A stretch of 64,000 nt of DNA from Octopus sinensis (lineage: Eukaryota), in assembly GCF_006345805.1 (NCBI RefSeq), contig NC_043004.1, positions 30,814,001-30,878,000 of the forward strand. Reading direction: 5' to 3'. The position numbers and the translations under genes are program-made. Shown here piece by piece: positions 24,626 to 38,275 of this stretch. Under the pieces are notes generated by a model, which saw only the letters and a program-made list of their open reading frames with translations, did not search any database and was not told the DNA's origin. Every line of letters starts with the position of its first letter. Within the stretch, counting starts at the first letter, position 1.

Positions 24626-25365
24626 CAGGATGTCCCAAAAATTGTATGCATACATTGAATGACTGTAAAGTAGTATTTATTAAAATAAATTTTATTTCCA
24701 AAATTTAACAGAACCTACAGACAGAATTTTATTTATTTATTTATCTATTTCCAGTATGGGTGCCTGTTTTCTAACTGACAATTGTTCTACTCCAGGTACT
24801 GCTGCTAATGAAAAGCAAGGGAATCGCAAACATCAAAAAACATTTGTGTTCATTTCCATTCAATTACTGCCCTTAATTCATTGATTGCTGGCAGTTTTTG
24901 ACCATAAACTTTAACTTTTAAGAATCCCCATTAAAATAAACCTAGTAGCATGAGGTCCAGTGAATGCAGGAAGTATTCTGTAGTACATTTTCATCCAATT
25001 TATTTGTTAGGCAAAATATCATCAAAGTAGACCCTTACATTACTATGTTAGTGTGGGCATATCCCATCTTACTGGAAACAAAACTCCACTTCTTTTAAGT
25101 CCCCTGGAATGTTTGACATGACAGACTGTCATTGCAAGTTCAAGTAAATTAAACTAGTTGTCCTACTGTCAAAAAATAATAGCCCAAATCATCCTTTTCA
25201 TGATAAGCAGTACCATATTGTAACTCCTGATAAATTAACACAATGTTCTTCTATAATATGTGGACCCTCATGTCCCCAGTATGTGAAATTCGTTGGGTTT
25301 AATTGAGTCATTTAATTAAATAAATATGCACACAAACATTTGTACAATCATTAATTTATACATAC
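24626..25365 (-). mobile_element. Decayed Tc1/mariner-superfamily transposase remnant
   Basis: TA-CAGGATGTCCC end; minus strand resembles the FQQDG...PH and DL..L..F.WGFLKVKVY motifs. Confidence 0.55.
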
Positions 25366-25387
25366 ATACATGTGTGTGTGTTTACAT

Positions 25388-25418
<31 letters not shown>

Positions 25419-27531
25419 CAAGAAATTGAAAATTCACTGAGATGCATTTACATTTTTTATCAAAAAGTTTTAAAGACAACTAATTTCACAAATTTTTGTG
25501 ATTTTCAAAACTTGAGATAGAAAACTGTGGAGCTATGTTGCAACTGTCTTGCTTCTCTTTTTTCTATATTTCTACCTATGTGGAATAAAATAACTTTGTT
25601 TTCTATGTGTGTGTATATGTATACACACACACACACATACACAGTCAAGAATCAAAGATCAGCTAAAGGAATTCAAATTTTTAAGAATTTCATATTCTAC
25701 CTACTATAAAGAAACCTCATCAACCCTATCACATCCCTTGTTTTTAATTAAACCAAATGCAAGTGTTATTATTTAAATCTTAGTAAAGTATATCTGCTCA
25801 ACTGGTTTTATTATCTACTCCCAGACATTGTATTTGCTATCTGCTTATCAAAAGATTTTAGTCAAGTAGAGCTGATTAAGATTAACCATCCACAACAAAA
25901 CTTTGAAAATCGAATGAACCCCAAATCAACCTATTATAGAATGTGTGAAGAATGTGTGAAACATTTGGCAAATATTTTTCCAAAATTGTTCCATCAGGAT
26001 AATGTTCTTGAGCATTATTCAAACAAGCGAAAAAAAATCTATAAATATCCTATTTGAGAACTGAGAGTTTTAAGTCCTCTCTCTAATGATTGACAGAACT
26101 CTCTCAAATATTGATTAAATGTAATGATCCTTTAATGCCAGAAAGTATGTTGTTTGCCTATGTGTGTATATAAATATATATATTTCACTTTGGCATTGCA
26201 AGACTAATAACCTAGTGTAGAATTCAATCTTCAGAACAAAGCATTAGTTGAGTACAGAGTGGTAATAAGAAATTAAGATGACAAAAGGAATAAACGACTA
26301 TCTTATCAACTGCATTAGCTTACATCTGTTTCTGCTATAAGATACTGTGGTGTTACTCAAGCACTCAACTATGAATCCACAGCTTCTTACATCAGAAACA
26401 GTAGTAAGCTAATAAAGTTCAAAGGATAATCATTTATCCCTTTGTAATCTTATTTTCTTATATATCATCATTATCATCATCATCATCATCATCATCATCA
26501 TTTAATGTCCGTTGTTCATACTGGTATGGGTTGGATGGTTCAATCAGGGCTAGTAAGCTGAGGGATTGCACCAGATTTTAGTCTGATTTGGTATGGTTTC
26601 TATGGTTGGATGCCCTTCCTAACACCAACCACTCCGAGAGTGTAATGGGTGCTTTTAATTGCCACTAGCATGGGTCTTAGTCTGCTTGACACTAATATCT
26701 GCCATGACTATGGTTTCATTTGGTTTGATGGGTCTTCTTCTCAGCACATCATTTGTCATTGCTTCTGTGAAGCCCAGCATTCTGAAGGTGCTTTTTACAT
26801 ACCACCAGCATGGGTGCTAGTTATGCAACACCAGCATCGACCACATTGCCTTCATGAGGCCCAATGCTCGAAAGATGCTTTTTGCATGCCACCAGCACAT
26901 GTGCCAGTTACATGACACTAACAGCAACCACAGCAGACATTCGGATCCATCAACAGGACTCAATGAAACATCAGTGTAAAAATTTTTAAGTGTTCACTTC
27001 CATTGATCCTTGTACTGCCTACTCAGAGTTCCTATTGAATGTGTTCCACCTTCCAAAACTGCCTCTTTGGCAGTTACTGATCCAACATTCTTTAAATGTA
27101 GCTGTCATGAGACCTAGAATTTGAATCCCATTCTCTAAATGGTTTTGAGAGTTGTGCCCTTTTCTCTAGTTATAAGCAATTTGGTGCTAAAAGATTTTGC
27201 AGAGGTTGAATGAAACCAGGAAACACACATATGCAAGCCAGACAAGGGCAGAATTATAAGCAGCTCAGCACCAAAAATCTTCAGAGAGTTTGAGTACATC
27301 CAGGGAACACACATCTCACCTCTTGCCATAAGCAAGCCAGGGCAGAGCTTTAGTAAAATTTGTTGAACTAACATCTCCATGTCTCTAAGAAAATTAATGG
27401 CTGAGTAAACACAGTTAATTACATGTTATATCACTCTTGCCCAAAGTAAACCAGAAATGTGAGTAGATTTGGATCAACTCACATCTCAATTTTCATTCAC
27501 CAATTTGTTCATATCTCTAGAGTAAGCCATT

Positions 27532-27830
27532 TGTTTATTCCTTCTCGAGCCATGCCTGGCTTATAAGGGCTGGTTTTCTGGTTTCCTTGGCGTATAGGTT
27601 CTCTAACTGGACGGGACGCCAGTCCGTCGTAGGTGAACTGCAAGATGCAGGAGGAAAGAGTGAGAGAAAGTTGAGGAAGTCAGCAGAACTTCGCTATTAG
27701 CTTCTGTCGGAGCTGCGTGGAGCTTAGGTGCTTCGCTCATAAACACACACATCGCCCAGTCTGAGATTCGAACCCGCGATCCCTTAACCGCAAGTCCACT
27801 GCTCTAACCACTAGGCCATGCACCTCCACA
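27532..27830 (-). mobile_element. tRNA-derived SINE family D, full length with 13-bp TSD
   Basis: Minus-strand head TGGCCTAGTGGTTAGAGCAG...GGTTCGAATCTC (A and B boxes); GACGGACTGGCGTCCCGTCCAG block; TSD AGAGTAAGCCATT at 27519-27531 and 27831-27843. Confidence 0.9.
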
Positions 27831-28899
27831 AGAGTAAGCCATTGATGATTGTAGAATTTCAACACTATGAAAGTCAATCCCTATATCATGAGTCTCTCTA
27901 CAATGAATATCTGAAAATTTCTCTCCATATATATATATATATGTATGTACAGCCTTTCCTTAAATAAATATATTATAAAACATTTGCAAGTTTCATTCCT
28001 GTTTACAAAACATGCAACCCAGCATAGTCCATAATAATTTTACATCACAACCAGGCATAACCCATGACTAAGCCAACTCCTTTCTCAACATAGCCAATCC
28101 AACCAGCATAGCGATGTAACACTTCATCTTCAACCAGTTTGTGAGATCTTGATTGAAGAAAAGAAAAGAGAAGCATTACTAAATCACTGGTAACTTGATG
28201 GTGTAGTAAAAAATCTTGGCTTACGTCATTGATGTTGTTGTTTGATGAAAATGACCACACAATATATACTTTAATTGTAAAAGAGTTAAAAGATGAACTT
28301 GATGAACAGAACAATCTAAATTCTTAATAAAAGGCAGTTATTGGAGAAATCAAGTCAGAAACATAACAAAAGCTCTAAAATGTTCTGAATTAATGGGGAA
28401 CTGACAAAGACAAAGAATCATGAAAGCACATAGTCAGGAACCAGTCAAGAGACTTCTTAGAAATACATCCAAAGATTCTGAATCTCACAAACAATGAGAA
28501 CAACACTGATTAAACTATGAATGAAAGTCTACTTATAATGCTAAAAGATGCTGTACTGGAGAGAAAGATTTCAAAAATTTACTAAATCATCCTTCAAATA
28601 CATTGCTTGAGTGTACTGGCAATGGCCAACACCAAATTGTTTCTCTGCACCTGAATATTCTACCCTCATTGCAACAGCCTCAAAAATATAAAACAAGTCT
28701 GCAGGATCAGATCAAGTTCCAGCAGACCTTATCAAACATGTTTAAATCACACACAAACACACACACACAGATGGATTCATCACCTCATCCTCCATATCCA
28801 AGACAAAGTCAAGAACCCGCAGATTTGATAAAGGTGTGGGGATCTGAACCTTCAACCACAAAATAATCAGTTTGAGATCATATGTATACCATTATAGTT

Positions 28900-30780
28900 T
28901 CATGTGATTAGTCTAGAAACCGACCAATCAACAAGAAACTGTGGCACAATATGCCTTCTCAAATATTCTAAAATTCTCTCCCTTTTACCCAAGTTAAACA
29001 GTTTGGTGCCCAACTTACAGAGAAACTGCTTTGGGTACAAGGGACACTGAAGTTAACGGCAATCAAGACGAGTCACAACATACCACAGCCAGCCTTCAAC
29101 AAGACACAAAGCATTTCTCTTTGCCAAGTTTTAATAATGTGCAGCATCTATTATATCTGCATTTTACGTTTTCCAGATATCTACATAGTAAGCTATTTTG
29201 ATCGATAAATATTGTTGAATGTTTATGAGTTTGGTTGTTTAATAATGCACACAGCCAGCCAGAACTACACAATGGTGTCCAACACATGCAACATAAGTAA
29301 ATCCCCAACAATGGTGAAACCCAATGTTCACAGTCTGTCATCATACCAATGTATCATCACTGACCAGCTCAACAGGAAAAATCCAGTAGAAATCACAACA
29401 ATGGTCATTCCAACAAGGAAAGGTCCCCAACAAGAAAAGGCTAGCAAAACTACAACAATGGTGACCCAACTCATCAAACACATCAAAACTCACTGGTATA
29501 GCAATGGACATGATACGAAGGCAGGTAGACAGGCAGCAGTATATCTAGAATAACATCTCTGAGCACTGCAGTAAAGATCAAAGGGGCAAATGCTAAGTCC
29601 ATCACTTTCATTACCACAACCCAGCCACCTTTTGATCTACAATGCTGAAGGCTGAAGTTCTATTAATGGATTGGACACACATGTCCATCCACAAAATTTT
29701 TGTCTGCATGACATAACAGTTAAAATCAACTTTTCATTGCTGAAGAACGTTTTGTCTAGCTTCAAATGCTTGATTTCTGTGTGAATTTTATCTAGAATCT
29801 TCCTGTAACAACCAGTATTTAATCTTTTCCTACCCTTTCCATTTGAGTGATTCCAAATAACTTGCACTTAAATATGGCACCTTCACCTTGCTTTCTTCTA
29901 AAAATAATGGTGGCCCAACTCTTCAGGCTGCTTTATCCTTTACTCCCATTCCATTCACTGGGGATCCTCTAATTTGGTTTTCACAGCTCAAAGCCAACTT
30001 TGCAGTGAACAAAATTTATTCAGCTATGTATCAGTTTCCTCAAAGAAGTCAAAGATTTGATTACAAACACATCCAACTCAACATCTTATCTTGCACTTGT
30101 ACAGAGGCTAACAGAATTACTGCATAATCATAAACGGAAAAATGAAACTATTTCTTTAACTCCAACAGAATTACAGTCTTTTAACAACATTAAAGAAAAA
30201 TTAACTTGACTTATCTTGCAAGCCCGAATGCATCTGATGTAGAAATAAGAGGAGTACTGCAACAGTTTGTTCAAGGTTTTTGACAACTTATTTTCAAAGT
30301 ATTTCAAGATTTTGAGCCAAAGCAAGATACAGTGCTTTCAGATGAGTGATGTCAGCAGCTTATTTGTCAGTAAAGCAGTTTCACCATCTCTTGTAAGGAA
30401 GAACCTTCACTGTTTATACTGATCGTAAACCATTAACCTATGTGATACAATCCAAAACGGATCAATATTCTCCAAGAGATATGAGACACCTTGATTATAT
30501 TTCACAATTTATAGTGGATATGTGTCATATCAAGAATGCTGATAATTCTACAGCAGACATATTATCCTGTGTTTATAACAATGCTTTGCACTCTAGTGAT
30601 ACTATTAATTTAGAAATAGCTATAGATCAGAACAACAACAAATAATTATTGCAACTTAACAATTCAGAATCATCTTCTCCAGATTTTCGTTTATTACCCC
30701 TAGTCTAGTGTTTCACAAATATGGTGTGATATTTTAGACAGGATTTTCAAAACCTTAAGTCCAGTAAAATCATAGACAGA
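28900..30780 (+). mobile_element. Scrambled Ty3/Gypsy LTR-retrotransposon remnants
   Basis: Gag-like PFTGDPLIWFSQLKANF (about 29950-30000); RNase H-like AAYLSVKQFHHLL*GRTFTVYTDRKPLTYVIQSKTDQYSPRDMRHLDYISQF...NSTADILS (about 30350-30570). Confidence 0.75.
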
Positions 30781-31302
30781 CTGGTTTAGACAGTTTGACT
30801 GAAGCTGGTAAACCAGAGAACTACACTACATACCAGTCTGTTTTAGCTTGGTTTCTATGGTTTGATGCCCTTCCTAATGCCAACCACTCTAGAGAGTATA
30901 CTGGGTGTCTTTTACATGTCACTAGCACAGATGCCTTTCATGTGTCATTGGTATAGGTGCTTTTTACATGTCACTGGCAGTGGCCATGACCATGATTTCA
31001 CTTAGCGTGACATGGCTTCTCATGTACAGCAAACCACCAGAAGTCTAGGTCACTTGTCATGGCCTCTAGGAGACTCAACAACCAAAGATCAAATTTTACT
31101 ACCATGTTCCACATCTTCCTGGCCTACTTCTTCCACAGATTCCCTTGACAATTAGAGAACAGTACTTTGTGACTTTGCCTTTCATCCTTTCAGGGTCGAT
31201 AAATTAAGTACCAGTTACACACTGGGGTTGATGTAATCGACTTAATCCCTTTGTCTGTCCTTGTTTGTCCCCTCTATGTTTAGCCCCTTGTGGGCAATAA
31301 AG

Positions 31303-31341
<39 letters not shown>

Positions 31342-31364
31342 CACACACACACACACATCAATTT

Positions 31365-32245
31365 AATAGTCAGTGCATTCCTGGGCTGGTCAAGTGAGTT
31401 GCTGGATAGAGTGGTATCATTAGCATACTCCACGTCAGTAAGGTAATAGTTCCTTAAGGCAATACCCAGAGACTCACACACAGACCTTGAATCTGCAATG
31501 GTTGGCCTTCAGGCAAGTTGGGCAAAGACCAGGCTGATGCATGTCAGAGATGGCCTGGACTCTCCCATCTCTAAATTGGCCCTGATGTCATGGAGTTTTT
31601 CAGTTCCTTCAACTACCTGGGGTCCACAGTCACCACCAATGGAGATCTGACACCAGAGATCAACTGCAGATGTCGTCTGACCACTGGGGTCATGCACTCC
31701 CTATGGAAGTCCCTCTGGCACAACTGCTCTCTCTCCCAGAGGATGAAGCTCTGCATCTTCAATGCATTGGTCCTCTCCATTCTCCTTTATGGAACAGAAA
31801 TGTGGCCCCTCTTGCAAACCCTGAGAAAGAGGATCAATGGCTTCGATAGCAGATCCCTGAGAACCCTCAAGAACATCAGACAGTACCATTATGTTTCCAA
31901 CAAAGAACTACATGCATGTATAAACCCACAGCCTCCCTCCTCATAGTGTCACTCCATCTCCCACTAGATCACTCTGCTAGGAATTTACTTTCATTCTCCA
32001 CAACAGCTGCAGGGTTAGAAGAGGCCTCATGGAAGGCCCTGCACCAGATGGCTAGACATGATTGAGGAAGATCTCAAGAGGTTAAACATCACTTTGGAGG
32101 ATGCAGATGTATTGATGCATGACTGCCAATGATGGCAAGCACTGGTGGACCTGGCGGGTTGTATGCATGATGATTCTTCTGGAACCACTGACCTGGGATG
32201 ACCCCCAGCCCCATCAAACAAGTGCATGAAGCAAGTAAGAAAGCA
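31365..32245 (+). mobile_element. Second RTE-clade LINE fragment with inverted 5' segment
   Basis: Plus strand: ESAMVGLQASWAKTRLM...FNYLGSTVTTNGDLTPEINCR...SILLYGTEMWPL...GRPCTRWLDMIEEDL. Minus strand 31365-31485: YLTDVEYANDTTL, a YADD-like motif. Confidence 0.85.
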
Positions 32246-32758
32246 GCAATCTAATACACAGCTGAAAGAGCTACAAATAATTTCATACTTTTATGATACT
32301 TTAACTTGACATATTTATAAAATATACCATGTATCTCCAAGCAATCTTTCAGGATCTGTTTATGTATCACATTTATTTTAAAACAAGGACGCTGGACAGT
32401 GGAAAAATAAGAAAAAATGGGGAAAAACATGAAGAAGGGTGATGCCAAAAATGGAATGAGAAGAAAAAAATGAAAACAAGAAAACTAAGATCCACATCCT
32501 CTATGATTTCAGTTTTTGTCTACAAAACCTACTCAAAAGGATTTTGGTCACCTTAGGGCCATAGTAAAAGACACTTCCCCAAAGTACCACACAATGGGAT
32601 TGAACCTTGAGTTACGAGATTCGAAGCAAACTTTTTAAACAGTGGGTCATATTTGTGCCTATATGGTATCATATATAAGTATATATAGTCACATATTGGA
32701 TGTTATGCACATACACATACATATGTATGTGTGTATGTGTTTGAGTGAGTGTGCATGT

Positions 32759-32836
<78 letters not shown>

Positions 32837-33119
32837 AGTATCAGCTTCTACTATTTGCCATCATACATTAATGCAATATCCTAGTCAATGACATAATGCT
32901 AAGAATCCTTACAAGGGCGCATTATAGTGAAATCATAAACTTTCTTAATTAGCAAACTCTAATTAGTGTTTGCAGTTAATTCTTCGTCAGTTTGGAGGAT
33001 GTTGGTCAGGAGGGAGAGAGAAACTTTCCGCATCCTCAGCACAAAGGCAAAGTTGGCAAATATTACTACAGCAAATAGATAGTTTTGAATTCTCTTGGGT
33101 ATTCTTAATAAGTTAACCG

Positions 33120-33345
33120 ACGATAATATTGTAACAATGTGCAGTAATGTTTATTGATAATGATATTTTAATGATATAGAGAAATGTTTATTGATTACAG
33201 TATTATGATAATGTAGAAAAATGTTCACTGATTATAATATTATAATGTGGGGAAATGTTTACTGAATACAATATTATAATATGCGAAAATGTTTACTGAT
33301 TATAATTTAATAATACAGAGAATTGTTAATAGATTATAATATTTC
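33120..33345. repeat. About 33-bp AT-rich minisatellite (GAAATGTTTATTGATTATAATATTAT...), resumed at about 34320-34445, 35035-35090 and 35320-35350
   Basis: Direct reading; array broken up by later insertions. Confidence 0.7.
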
Positions 33346-33556
33346 TAGTTGGCCCTGTGCCATCAAAAACGACAATTAATTGTAATATTTTATATATTAA
33401 TAAGGTACAAAATAAGGTACATAATGATCACAGATACAAACATTCACATACTTCCCTTGTGCATGCACACACATACATATTTCCACACACAGTTGAAACG
33501 CTGTTTGATATTTTTTTTCCCCATAGAACTTCCATCATTCCACTACCAAGTTTGTC

Positions 33557-33645
33557 ATCACCCCTTCCTACCTTATTCATCTATCACCCCTTCCTACCTT
33601 ATTCATCTATCACCCCTTCCTACCTTATTCATCTATCACCCTTTC
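33557..33645. repeat. 26-bp tandem repeat, about 3 copies (ATCACCCCTTCCTACCTTATTCATCT)
   Basis: Direct reading. Confidence 0.85.
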
Positions 33646-34611
33646 CTTTCTCATTAACATGTTGTGATGGAGAAATACACAAGAGTATTATTATAATATT
33701 ATTAGAGAAGATTTCTGTTCGAGACAGCAGCAGTATACAAACCAAAAAGTATTGCTTATGGTCATGTTAATATGGCTGCCCTCTATCTTGAACAGAGATT
33801 TTCTTATGTACTAGTTTCCTAGTTACATAGTCAGCAATTGTATGACAGTCTTTTCTAAATATTGCAAGCGAGGTAAACTGCTGCCATGCTTAGCAATGAG
33901 TACTAACCACTGAGGAAATCCAATACAGTTCAAAACCATGTGGTTTGGTGGTCTTGAAGCCAGGGTGACAGGAGTTATCTTTCACTTGCAATAAATATCA
34001 GGTGCAAAAAGTGCACTAAATAAACCAGCTGGAGGAAATGTCTTCCTGGGGTTGAATGGCAGTATCATCATCTCTTAGAGAACAGCCACATTAAAGTGGC
34101 CATAAGCAATATCATAATAATGGTTTGTTATTTAGGCCCAAAGCCAACAGTTTTTGAGGAGATGAAGTTAGTCAATGCCTTCAATTCCAGTTCTTGTCCC
34201 CCAAACTGATAAAAGGCAAAGCTGACATTGGTGTGATCTGAACTCAGAATGTAAAGAGCTAGAAGAAATACCACTAAGTATTTTTCCCCAGCACTCTAAT
34301 GATTGTGCCAGTTGAACTGATTATAATATAATAATAATGTAGAGAAATGCTAACTGATTATATTGTTATAATAGTGCAGAGAAATGTTAGTCTATTATAA
34401 TGCTGTAGAGAAATGTTCAATGATTTTGATGATTTAATAATATAGTAAGATATTGGTTTCAAATTTTGGCTATCAACCCCCAACTGGTACTTATTTTAAT
34501 GGCCTTGAAAGGATGAACAGTAAATGTAGACAGACGAAATGCTGCTAAGCATTTTCCCCCAGCATGCTAACAATTCTGCCAGCTCACTGGCTTTATGATA
34601 TAGTACAATAT

Positions 34612-35031
34612 TACTCTCTTTACTCGTTTACTTGTTTCAGTCATTTGACTGCGGCCATGCTGGAGCACCGCTATTAGTCGAGCAAATCAACCCCGGGGCT
34701 TATTCTTTTGTAAGCCCAGTAATTATTCTATCGGTCTCTTTTGCCGAACCGTAAGTGATGGGGACGTAAACACACCTGTCATCGGTTGTCAAGCAATGCT
34801 AGGGGGACAAACACAAACACACAAACACACACACACACACATATATATATATATGTACATATATACGACAGGCTTCTTTCAGTTTCCGTCTACCAAATCC
34901 ACTCACAAGGCATTGCTCAGCCTGGGGCAATATAGCAGAAGACACTTACCCAAGATGCCACGCAGTGGGACTGAACCCGGAACCATGTGGTTGGTTAGCA
35001 AGCTACTTACCACACAGCCACTCCTGCGCCT
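34612..35031 (-). mobile_element. tRNA-derived SINE family A, full length, young
   Basis: High identity to the reverse complement of 37811-38230. Confidence 0.9.
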
Positions 35032-36235
35032 ATTATTAGTTGATCATATTATTATAATAATGTGAAGAAATGTTAACTGAATACAAAATTATCATCCTTT
35101 CTAATATAAACACAAGGGCTGAAATTTTGGAGGAGTGAGTGGCTGATTACATTAACATCAGCATTTGACCAGTGCTTTGTTTATTGACCGTGAATGGATG
35201 AAAGGCAAAGTTGACCTTGGCTCAATGTGAATTTGGAGTATAAAGATGGACAAAATGCCAGTAAGCATTTTGTCTGGCATGCTTAACAATTCTGCCACCA
35301 GCTCACTGCCTTAAAATATTACATTACAATAATGTGGAGAAATACTAATGTGCTATATCAATGCTTTAGCACTTAAATCAGCCATATGAAACCCAAATAT
35401 TCTTCCTGTTTTCATGTTCAAACTGGCCAGATCCAGTCTCTCAAACCTACCCTACAATGTCATTCTAAAAATAACAATCACATGATTGAAATCTAAGCTA
35501 CAGGATAAAGCATGATTAATTCAAAACAATGTGCATAAATAAGAATTTAAATTTGACATTTAAATAAGAATTTAAATCTGAATGCTAAAGAGTTAATTTA
35601 AGTCAGCTACTGTCTGAACTATGAAGGGTTCACTTTCCACAAAGAACATTTTGGTTTTTTTTTTACCTGCCATTAAGGAAGTCTCAATGTAGTTGCTCAC
35701 TATGTGAGAAATAGTAGCCAAATCTACCTCAAATCATACTCTGCCATCTTGGAATGAAAGACAGCCATTGGATAACGTAATACTAGATAAGTAGTCACTG
35801 AGAGAAGGAATAGGATGGTCACTTCTGGAACACTTTTGATCATGGATCAGCTCAGTCAGGGCTGACTTAGGGCGATACAATAACCAATGCCCATAGTGTA
35901 ATAATTCCATTTATATTATCAACATATTTTGCTAATTTTGTGTGTGTGTGTGTGTGAGGGAGAGAGAGAGAGAGAAAGTATGTTGTCCTTTGCTAATTAG
36001 AAATATTGTGCTGTGACAATACCAAAGTATTACATTTGATCCCAGTCGTTTGTCAGGTACCTAATTTATCAAGCTCTGAAGAAGGAAAGGCAAAGTCTAC
36101 CAGAGCCTAAAGGAACACAACCAAAACATAAAACAACATTGCCAAAACTCACAAAATATTTTCAATCAATGCTCTACCAAACTTGCCATCCTCCACTGAT
36201 ATACATGTGTGCATGCATGTATATATGTATGTACA

Positions 36236-36269
<34 letters not shown>

Positions 36270-36297
36270 TATGTGTGTGTGTGTGTGTGTGTGTGTA

Positions 36298-36513
36298 CAA
36301 AGGTCTGATGAAAGGTTCCTGGCTTTGTGTAAAAGAAAATACAGGAGGACCAGTTAATTATGATTTTTTTCAACAAATTCTTCTCTCAGATTCACACATT
36401 TATTGCAGTGCTACTTCATTTCTTCTAAACTCTGTAAAAGAACTTAGAAGGTGACACCTCCAACCAGGCCTTTTGTGATACTCTTAAAACCAGGAACTTT
36501 TCAGCACTCCTCA
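36298..36513. mobile_element. Mariner-derived MITE
   Basis: TA flanks; imperfect TIR ...TGAAAGGTTCCTGGCTTT / AAAACCAGGAACTTTTCA... Confidence 0.7.
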
Positions 36514-37810
36514 TATGTATGTAAGTTTGTTTACAAATATATAGGTGTACACACATCTCATGAACTTCCCCATAACAAGTTCACTGAAATTTCATCCCCT
36601 GCTGTTTTTTCTGATAAATTCCTCATTTGTGAGATATTCACAAATCTACTGAGATTATACTTCTACAAGAAACCATGTTGTAAACTTCAAAAAATTAAGG
36701 GAAACCAATGTATTTTTTGCTACACAAATCAAATCTAATTTGAGTTTCTGACAAATTGCCACACCAAACATTTACAAAATTTCAAAGTTCAATATTTCAT
36801 TGAATCTTTTGTCAAAATTTATAATGAAATTCAAGAAATGCACACAGTAGATGTAAGAAATATAAAGTAAATTTATGAAAGTAAATAAAAACTTACTTTC
36901 ATTTCTGAAGTTCTGACAAATTATATATTTTGAAGATCTGAAATTTTATCAAGGTTGAATATCTATAGATACATTGTGAAAAACCTTTACAAATTTAATG
37001 TATTATATGATGTGTAAAGCAATGTATTTGAACAAAAACTTCACTGGAAATTTTATGAGATAAGATAAACTTTCAGAACAATTCTGGAAGACTGAAGTAA
37101 CATGAAAACAAAGCAAAGAAACATCTCACAATACTCAACACGTTTCCATCAGATTAAAACTTGTGGTGTGAGACTTAATGAAATTTGGTGTGATTTGAAG
37201 AAATTTCATTGTTTATTTCTTTTATGAAGTCTGCAAAGATTTAATGAAATAAAGTGGCACTTGGTGACGTATTTTGTGATTTAAAAAGGTCGCTTGCCTG
37301 ATTAGTAATGAATGGTTCACTCACCAATACACACTTCAACCACTGGCTCACACATATGCAGTTTCTTCTCTTAAACTCTTCTATCACTACTACAACAAAT
37401 TCTACTCCTCTGAATTAGCTAATTGCATACCCTCTCCACTCAGACCCTCTCGGCTTTTATCCATGACCCTTACTGTGTCTTAATCTCTTCCAGACCTTAA
37501 AACAAACACTTCACTCAATCCTTCTAGAACTGCAACCCTATGGAATTCACTTCTTGCACATGTTTTCCTTTATCTTTGACCAACAGATGTATGAAAAGCC
37601 TATAACACAAAACATGAAATTTGGAATCATAACACTGAAAAATTTGTCTTACGTTCTGAATTCAAATCAAACCAAAGTCAAATCTGTTATTCATCATTCC
37701 AGGGTCAATAAAATGAAATATCAGTCAAACATCAGAGACATTACCATCAATTAACCACTTCTTCAAAATTTCTGACCTTGTGCACATGTAAGCAACAAAT
37801 TGTTATTGAT

Positions 37811-38230
37811 AGGCGCAGGAGTGGCTGTGTGGTAAGTAGCTTGTTTACCAACCACATGGTTCCGGGTTCAGTCCCACTGCGTGGCACCTTGGGCAAGTGT
37901 CTTCTACTATAGCCTCGGGCCGACCAAAGCCTTGTGAGTGGATCTGGTAGACGGAAAACTGAAAGAAGCCCATCGTATATATGTATATATATATATGCGT
38001 GTGTGTGTGTTTGTGTGTCTGTGTTTGTCCCCCTAGCATTGCTTGACAACCGATGCTGGTGTGTTTATGTCCCTGTTACTTAGCGGTTCAGCAAAAGAGA
38101 CCGATAGAATAAGTACTGGGCTTACAAAAGAATAAGTCCCGGGGTCGAGTTGCTCGATTAAAGGCGGTGCTCCAGCATGGCCACAGTCAAATGACTGAAA
38201 CAAGTAAAAGAGTAAAGAGTAAAGAGAGAG
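37811..38230 (+). mobile_element. tRNA-derived SINE family A, full length (CORE-like)
   Basis: GGCGCAGGAGTGGCTGTGTGGTAAG (A box), GGTTCAGTCCC (B box), ACCTTGGGCAAGT CORE-like block, internal (TA)/(TG) microsatellite, tail GGCGGTGCTCCAGCATGGCC...GACTGAAACAAGTAAAAGAG. Further copies at about 15360-15600(-), 23540-23700, 32505-32660(-), 38808-39225(-), 39578-39732(-), 41645-41795(-), 50307-51340 (split) and 62700-62860(-). Confidence 0.9.
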
Positions 38231-38241
38231 TATATATATAT

Positions 38242-38275
<34 letters not shown>

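Noticed and set aside
27745-27826. tRNA gene on the minus strand
   Set aside because: A and B boxes are present, but it continues into a SINE body bounded by a 13-bp TSD, so it is a SINE head.
26940-28600. Additional Gypsy integrase or RT remnants
   Set aside because: Only vague motif resemblance; too degenerate to assign by eye.
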